Assembly: GCA_963666275.2 (NCBI GenBank)
Contig: CAXXOA010000001.1
Location: 352,001-416,000, forward strand
Length of the DNA stretch: 64,000 nucleotides
Source: Oceanispirochaeta sp.
GTDB lineage: Bacteria; Spirochaetota; Spirochaetia; DSM-2461
Reading direction: 5' to 3'
The position numbers and the translations under genes are program-made. Below, piece by piece: positions 58,041 through 64,000 of the stretch (positions are counted from its first letter, which is position 1; each line of letters starts with the position of its first letter). Below the pieces are notes generated by a model that was not told the DNA's origin, ran no database searches, and was given only the letters and a program-made list of their open reading frames with translations.

Positions 58041-59561
58041 TCACCAGTCTATGGGAAAGTAGTCTTTCAGGAATTTGCCGCACCAGTGTTCTCCTGTATT
58101 GATTCCGTCGAAAACAGGATCCAGGACCCGGGCCGCTCCATCCACTATATCCAGGGGGGGCTGAAAATCGTGGAGTTCTTCTTTGCGTTTTGAAAGCTGC
58201 GCCGGATCTTCATCTGTGACCCATCCTGTATCCACCGCATTCATATAGATTCCGTGTCGTTCCAGTTCCCCCGCAGAGGTGTGTGTCAGCATGTTCAGGG
58301 CGGCTTTGGCCATATTGGTGTGAGGATGACGCTCTCCCTTTTTAAACCGCAGGAACTTCCCCTCCATGGCCGAGACGTTGACAATGTGTTTCTGCCCTGT
58401 ATTCTCTCTCTGCATAAACGGGGTCAGCTTGTTGCAGAGTACAAAGGGGGCTACCGCATTGACAAGCTGGATTTCGAGCATTTCCGAGGTTTGAACCTCC
58501 CCCAGTTTCAAACGCCAGCTGTTGGTGGTCCGCAGATCCACCTGCTGCAGGTCCACATCCAGTTCTCCCCGGGGAAAAACAGTTTCCACCGATTTCTCTT
58601 CATCAAAGTCATAGGGCACCTGGGAGAGCCGGGCGGATTCGCGCAGTCCTATCCCGGGAGCTTTTCCTCCCCAGGTGGCGGGAAGGGTGGATCCCTGGCC
58701 GATGGCAGGGCGGGAGAACGACTCCAGGCGGTCTGTGAAAATATGGAAGTTTTTCAGGAGTTCCGCCACGGGAGTTGCCATTTCGGACAGATCCATCAGT
58801 TCATTGTCCATAAGATGGGCGTAAAACTCCGCAGGGCGCCTGACGGTCTGGGCGGCATTGTTGATAAGGATATCCAGACGGGGATAGGTCTGTTCCACAT
58901 GGTTGCAGAACAGTTCCACGCTGGGGGTATGCCTCAGGTCCAGGCCGTAGATATGGAGTCTGTGTCCCCACTGGGAAAAGTCTTTTTCCTTTGCATAGCG
59001 TATAGCGGAATCTACGGGAAACCGGGTTGTGGCAATGACCCGGGCGCCGGCTCTGAGGAGCATAAGAGTAGCCTGGTAGCCGATTTTAAGACGCGAACCA
59101 GTGATCAGGGCGACCTGACCGGTTAGATCGGCAGTCTGAAAGCGTTTCCTGTAGTTCAGTTCCGCACAGGAAGGACACATGGCGTCATAGAAAAAATGGA
59201 GACGGGTGAATTCAGTTTTACAGACATAGCAGTTCCGGGGGGACTGAAGAACCGGGGCATCCTCTGTATCCCCGGCAGGACCGGAAATCTGCAGGGGGGC
59301 TGTAAAGACTTTTTTTGTCCTTGCCCGGCGTATTCCCGTGGAAGCCCGGGCTTCTCTCTCTTTCAGGGAGGCTTCCTGTTTCAGAAGCTTTCTTTTGGCC
59401 TTGTTCTTTTTACGGATCTCCTGGGCATCCGGACGGGACAAACGGCCGGCCAGTTTCAGAATCTCTATCTGTTTTTCCCGGGGAATGGCAGAAAAGCCTT
59501 CCGGTTTTTCAACACACTCCCTCAGGAAGACTATGCAGTTTTCAATATCAATATTTGTCAT
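58041..59561 (-). CDS. SDR family oxidoreductase with N-terminal CxxC...CxxC motif
   Basis: CYVC...[38 protein letters not shown] and NAVDTGW. Confidence 0.88.
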   Translation of the reverse strand: MTNIDIENCIVFLRECVEKPEGFSAIPREKQIEILKLAGRLSRPDAQEIRKKNKAKRKLLKQEASLKEREARASTGIRRARTKKVFTAPLQISGPAGDTEDAPVLQSPRNCYVCKTEFTRLHFFYDAMCPSCAELNYRKRFQTADLTGQVALITGSRLKIGYQATLMLLRAGARVIATTRFPVDSAIRYAKEKDFSQWGHRLHIYGLDLRHTPSVELFCNHVEQTYPRLDILINNAAQTVRRPAEFYAHLMDNELMDLSEMATPVAELLKNFHIFTDRLESFSRPAIGQGSTLPATWGGKAPGIGLRESARLSQVPYDFDEEKSVETVFPRGELDVDLQQVDLRTTNSWRLKLGEVQTSEMLEIQLVNAVAPFVLCNKLTPFMQRENTGQKHIVNVSAMEGKFLRFKKGERHPHTNMAKAALNMLTHTSAGELERHGIYMNAVDTGWVTDEDPAQLSKRKEELHDFQPPLDIVDGAARVLDPVFDGINTGEHWCGKFLKDYFPIDW

Positions 59562-59632
59562 TAGAACCTCTTATCATTTCTGCGGTTCTTATGCAATTCG
59601 CAAACCTTAATATATGAAAGATAAAAGGTCCT

Positions 59633-61342
59633 TTAGACCCCTTTCTCCAGATAGTCAAAGTATTTCTCCATCTCCCCGCTGAAGAGGGCAATCTCCTCGG
59701 CGTCCTGCTTTTCCAGCAGTGATTCGAACTGACCCAGAACCTTGCCGATCTTTGTCCGCTCCTCACCCAGATACTCTTCCCATAGCCTCTCTCCGCGCGC
59801 TATAAGGGCCTTGTTTTTTCCCGTCTCCCGGGGGTGGATTTTCAGGGCTTCCAGTTTTTTCAGCTGTTTCTCCAGTTCCTCCCTGGAGAGAACTCCGGGA
59901 TTCTCCTCAATGATGAGGCTCTTTCTTTCACCTGTTTCAGGAATATGGACTTCCACCTCCAGAAGGCCGTTGATGTCGTAGGTATAACGGACTTCTACTG
60001 CAATGCGGCCCGCCGGGGCGGAGGGGATGTCCACACTGATGGTCCCCAGCCTTATGTTGTCTTTTACCTGCCTGTGTTCACCCTGGTAGACTTCGATCTT
60101 CATTTGCTTCTGGTTGTCTTTGACCGTTCCCAGCCGCTCCATCCGGGAAACAGGCACGGTGCTGTTCCGGTTTATAATGGGCAGGAACATTCCCGGGCGC
60201 CTCATCTCCCCCTGTACATCCATGACAGCAGTTCCCAGGGTATAGGGGCAGATATCCGTGAGAATCACATCCTCAAGGGCTTTGTCCCGGGCTTTGAGGC
60301 CCCCCTGGATTCCCGCTCCCATCCCCACTATTTCATCGGGGTTCAGGGAGAGAGAAGGAATTCGTTTGAATATTTTATAGATCATATCCCGGAAGATCGC
60401 CATTCGGGTGGCACCTCCCACCAGCACAAGCTCGTCGATCTCTCCGGTATCGACTCTGGCATCCCGTATGGTCCGTTCGATCGGTCTGTAGAGCTTTTCC
60501 AGCAGGGGAGCGGCCGCATGGGTGAACTCTTCCCGGGTGATAGTCAGGTCCCGCTTCCGGGCTGTCCCTGATACGGCCTTTCCAAGGGTAACGCTTATGG
60601 TAGAGGATTCCTTTTCGGAAAGGGCGAATTTACACTTCTCAGCCTGACGGTAGAGGATCTCCCTTTCCTTCTCCGTCAGAGAGGAGAGGGAAAAGGAGTG
60701 TTGATCCAAAAAAAACTGAACCAGAACCTCAGTAAAATCTTCTCCTCCCAGGCGGTTGTCTCCGGCTACAGCGTGGACTTCCATGATCCCATCGGTGAAC
60801 TCCAGAAGAGACACGTCGAAGGTTCCCCCTCCCAGGTCCAGAACAAGAAACATCCCGTCTCCGAATCTTTCGTGCAGACCGTAGGCAATGGCAGCCGCGG
60901 TGGGTTCATTCACAAGCCTTTCCACCTTGAGGCCCGCCAGTATCCCGGCGTTTCGGGTGGCCTTCCTCTGAGTATCATTAAAATAGGCGGGAACGGAAAT
61001 CACTGCCTCTTCCACTTTTTCTCCCAGAAAGACTTCCGCATCCTCCTTCAAAGAGCGCAGTACAAGAGAGGAGAGCTCCTCGGGAAGGAAGTTCCGGTTT
61101 CCCAGGGTAAAAACCTTTCCCGAGCCCATGTCTCTTTTGAAAAAAGAGGCCGATTCCTGAGGATGTGTTATCAGCCTGTTCCGGGCGCTTTCACCCACCA
61201 GAATTGTTCCTTCTGCGTCTACATTGATCACAGAGGGGGTCAGTGTACTTCCCAGGCTGTTGGGGATGAGCTGAACCTTCTCTCCGTTCCAGTAGGAAAC
61301 CAGTGAGTTGGTGGTTCCCAGATCTATTCCTATAATTGCCAT
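59633..61342 (-). CDS. hscC: HscC-type Hsp70 chaperone
   Basis: IGIDLGTTNS, VPAYFND, NEPTAAA, DLGGGTFDVS, LVGGATRM and YTYDINGLLEV; short C-terminus; coupled to a J-domain gene. Confidence 0.88.
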   Translation of the reverse strand: MAIIGIDLGTTNSLVSYWNGEKVQLIPNSLGSTLTPSVINVDAEGTILVGESARNRLITHPQESASFFKRDMGSGKVFTLGNRNFLPEELSSLVLRSLKEDAEVFLGEKVEEAVISVPAYFNDTQRKATRNAGILAGLKVERLVNEPTAAAIAYGLHERFGDGMFLVLDLGGGTFDVSLLEFTDGIMEVHAVAGDNRLGGEDFTEVLVQFFLDQHSFSLSSLTEKEREILYRQAEKCKFALSEKESSTISVTLGKAVSGTARKRDLTITREEFTHAAAPLLEKLYRPIERTIRDARVDTGEIDELVLVGGATRMAIFRDMIYKIFKRIPSLSLNPDEIVGMGAGIQGGLKARDKALEDVILTDICPYTLGTAVMDVQGEMRRPGMFLPIINRNSTVPVSRMERLGTVKDNQKQMKIEVYQGEHRQVKDNIRLGTISVDIPSAPAGRIAVEVRYTYDINGLLEVEVHIPETGERKSLIIEENPGVLSREELEKQLKKLEALKIHPRETGKNKALIARGERLWEEYLGEERTKIGKVLGQFESLLEKQDAEEIALFSGEMEKYFDYLEKGV

Positions 61343-62832
61343 GATGTTTTCTCCCTGTTTAAAAAGAATACTCCCCGGGGCATCTCCTTATGGGCAAAAC
61401 TATCCGCCATAAAGCTGAATTCCTTCCTATCTCCCTCCGTATCTTGAGAAAGGCTCCGGGATAGCAGCCGGTAGCCGAAATCGTCGTAAAAGAGGGCCAC
61501 GAATATTCGCCGGCCATCAGCCCTCTCATTTAAAAAAGGAATTTTTTTTCCTTCTTCGTTCCTCTCGAAAAGTGACATATTCTCTTCGGTAAGTTCCAAA
61601 ATTAAAATGCGGTAACCCTTTTCCCCCGGATCACTTAACAGCATAAGCTGTCCCTCTAAATCTTCCCACAGTCCATTGTATTGGGCGGAGAACTCTTCCG
61701 TTTCCCAGAGTATGACGGCGGAATGGTCTTCTCCCGGTGACCGGAGGGTAATGCGGCCCATCTCTTTTCTGCTTGCTGTATTTACAAGGGGGACGGATAT
61801 GTCCATGGGGAAGGGGGGGATTTCCTCTCTCGGAATGACCGGTTTTTCCATGGTCTTTTCCCCGGTGGAGTATGAAGAGCTGTCTGAGGTATAGGTAAAA
61901 ATTTTATGAAATATCAGTAACAGGGCCGGGATGGCAATAATCAGAAGAAGAACTTTTACCCACTCGGGCTGGGGCTCTGCTTTGGCCGTCCATATATTGA
62001 CCGTTTGCCAGGCCTCTATTGTTTTTTTTGCCAATTCCAGAGACTTGTCATTCCGGCATTTTCGTTTAAGCTCTCTTAACCCCTTCCGGGCTTCTTTAAA
62101 CCGGCCGGATTCTATTAAATCAATAACCCCGTCTCTCCGGATCAGATAGGCCTCCCGGTCAACGATTCCGGCGGGAGCCTGGTAGTCCAGGTCCCAGTGG
62201 GGCTGATCCATCCGCTTGAATACCTGGCTGAGAACTGCACTGTTCTGTTTGCTGTTAAAGTGAGAGTGGTTTTCGCTCAGGGAGAACTGTTCGTTCAGAT
62301 ATTTGAGAACATCCTGGGGGATATGGGGATGGGAGAGAAGAAAGATCAGGAGAACTTCCCGGTACTGCTCTCTTGCGTTTAGATTGAACAGATTTAAATC
62401 ACAGAGAATCCTCTCCCAGCTTTCTTTTTGTATTCTGTCTGTATAATTATTGTATAGCCGCTGCAGTTCCGACCGGAAGGCACTGGTATCAACCTCTTCT
62501 TCGGATGAGGTATTCTCTTTTCTCTGCTCAGCAAAAGGGGGGCCTGATTCACTGGTTTCTGTTTTTCCGGGGAAGAGAGTCTCTTCTTGAGGGTCCTGCT
62601 CTTCCGTATTCAAACTGAACGGACGGCCGGTAGAGCTGTCCTGAGTCTCTGCCTGCTCCAAAGCCAGCTCATAGGCCCGGCGCAGCTCCTGGAATTCCTC
62701 AGGCTTTTCTTCCGGATTCGTAACCTTCAGTTTTTTGAGATAAGCTCTTTTGATGGCTTTTCGGTCTGCTGTTTTTTCAATTTCAAGGATTTTCCAGCAT
62801 CGGGTCAGGCTCAGTAAGTCATTAAAATCCAT
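61330..62832 (-). CDS. Membrane-anchored J-domain co-chaperone (DjlB/DjlC-like)
   Basis: CWKILEIEKTADRKAIKRAY...TNPEEKPEEFQELRRAYE; one internal TM segment; 13-bp overlap with hscC. Confidence 0.82.
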   Translation of the reverse strand: MDFNDLLSLTRCWKILEIEKTADRKAIKRAYLKKLKVTNPEEKPEEFQELRRAYELALEQAETQDSSTGRPFSLNTEEQDPQEETLFPGKTETSESGPPFAEQRKENTSSEEEVDTSAFRSELQRLYNNYTDRIQKESWERILCDLNLFNLNAREQYREVLLIFLLSHPHIPQDVLKYLNEQFSLSENHSHFNSKQNSAVLSQVFKRMDQPHWDLDYQAPAGIVDREAYLIRRDGVIDLIESGRFKEARKGLRELKRKCRNDKSLELAKKTIEAWQTVNIWTAKAEPQPEWVKVLLLIIAIPALLLIFHKIFTYTSDSSSYSTGEKTMEKPVIPREEIPPFPMDISVPLVNTASRKEMGRITLRSPGEDHSAVILWETEEFSAQYNGLWEDLEGQLMLLSDPGEKGYRILILELTEENMSLFERNEEGKKIPFLNERADGRRIFVALFYDDFGYRLLSRSLSQDTEGDRKEFSFMADSFAHKEMPRGVFFLNREKTSWQL

Positions 62833-62961
62833 GAGAGTAGAATACTTCCTATTTGAATATTATTAAACGGGTATTTTATTTTAAATATCAGTCTTTTTTC
62901 TTTTCCTGGATCAAAGAAGCTATGAGAACAATCCTCGGTTGAAGAAGGAATGAATATTTTA

Positions 62962-64000
62962 TCAGTCAGGCAGATGAAAGGCCTTTTTCAGATCCTCAAT
63001 ATGCTCTTCCTCCATGATCCTCACGTTGCCCAGCTGCATGGCTCCCAGGACGGCTTTGGCTGTGTATTCGGAAACCTCCAGACGGTCGTAGGCGCTGAGC
63101 AGCGAATCGGATGTCACTATGAATCCGTTATTCTGAATCATAAGGAGAGGATGGGAAGGTGTCAGCTTTTCGGCAATCTGTTCCGGATCTTCTATGGAGG
63201 TGGGGTAGGGGACTGTATCCAGATCCCGCATCAGGATATAGGCTTCCGGGATGATCCGGGAGTTCAGCAGGGTCTCTGTGATATTGAAGGCCATCAGATT
63301 GGGGGGATGGGCGATCAGGATTGCATTAATACCCGGCTGTTTCCTGAATATCTCCTGATGGAGCAGGACTGAGCGGCTGGGGGTCTTGCCGATCTCCCGC
63401 ATGCCCCTGGAAATCAGGACAATATCCTGAGGTACCAGGTACTTTCTGTCGTACCCGTAGGGGGTTATCAGAAAGGAGTCACCATCCAGACGGACTGCAA
63501 AGGTTCCTTCGGTACTTGTAAAAAGGTTCTGGTCGTAGCTCCGGTGGATCAGATCGCACATCTCCTGGCGCAGGGCCCGTTCCCGGCTTCCCGGGACGGA
63601 GGGAACAAACTCGGGCAGCTCGTTGCTCCGCTTCTTTTCGCCCGACTGAAGCTCCTCATCGCTGATCTGCCGGGGAGTTCCCAGTGTGCGCGCCTTGATT
63701 TGAATCCGGGCTGTGTAATCCAGGGTTTCAAACTGCATGAACGCTGTAAAAAGGTCATCCGCCCCGGTAACGGTTCCATGGTTTTCCAGAATCACAATAT
63801 CCGATCCTCCGGCAAAGGCTGAGGCGATCTTGCTTCCCAGATCTTCGCTGCCCGGGACGCCGTAGGGAACGAACTCCACGGGGCCGCAGATCCTCCGTGT
63901 ATTGGGCAGGATGTCTGTCCGGGGGCACATCCCTGCGGCCGAGAACGCCACCAGGGCAGGGGGATGGGCGTGGAGAACCGCCTTCAGGTCGGGACGGGCT
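62962..64000 (-). CDS. Class II aldolase/adducin family protein with two domains (5' end outside the window)
   Basis: AVLHAHPP and LENHG in domain 1; STEGTF, ITP, PSRS and IAHPP in domain 2; frame open to the window edge. Confidence 0.88.
   Translation of the reverse strand, partial: ARPDLKAVLHAHPPALVAFSAAGMCPRTDILPNTRRICGPVEFVPYGVPGSEDLGSKIASAFAGGSDIVILENHGTVTGADDLFTAFMQFETLDYTARIQIKARTLGTPRQISDEELQSGEKKRSNELPEFVPSVPGSRERALRQEMCDLIHRSYDQNLFTSTEGTFAVRLDGDSFLITPYGYDRKYLVPQDIVLISRGMREIGKTPSRSVLLHQEIFRKQPGINAILIAHPPNLMAFNITETLLNSRIIPEAYILMRDLDTVPYPTSIEDPEQIAEKLTPSHPLLMIQNNGFIVTSDSLLSAYDRLEVSEYTAKAVLGAMQLGNVRIMEEEHIEDLKKAFHLPD

Noticed and set aside
1..64000. CRISPR array, rRNA or tRNA genes
   Set aside because: No regularly spaced repeats or recognisable structural RNA signatures were seen; a covariance-model scan was not run.

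Overview
Bacterial chromosomal window, probably from a free-living spirochaete (inferred from SH3b lipoproteins, a membrane-anchored AraC and gene style; not verified). From 0 to 20 kb it carries metabolic and regulatory genes: a sigma54-type amtB-glnK operon, a second sigma54-type unknown gene, a PP2C phosphatase, a hybrid kinase, galE, a MocR/LysE pair, an EIIC-EAL pseudogene, a GLUG lipoprotein with AraC, TetR and a Cache-EAL protein. From about 20 to 58 kb is an accessory envelope region dominated by a diversified family of ankyrin proteins: eight share an unnamed 3-TM anchor, two are secreted, one gene encodes the anchor alone, and two are relics. SH3, YARHG, PG-binding and BNR proteins are mixed among them. 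Embedded in this region is a seven-gene, fully overlapping operon: MoxR AAA+, unknown, HExxH-peptidase-vWA, unknown, CapK/PaaK-like adenylating enzyme, NadR-type enzyme and PnuC. It sits next to ccdAB and recombination scars, and is the best candidate for an undescribed system. The window ends with an SDR, hscC, a J-domain gene and a partial class II aldolase. No rRNA, tRNA, CRISPR, transposase or integrase was seen. All calls come from motif reading by eye; no database searches were run.
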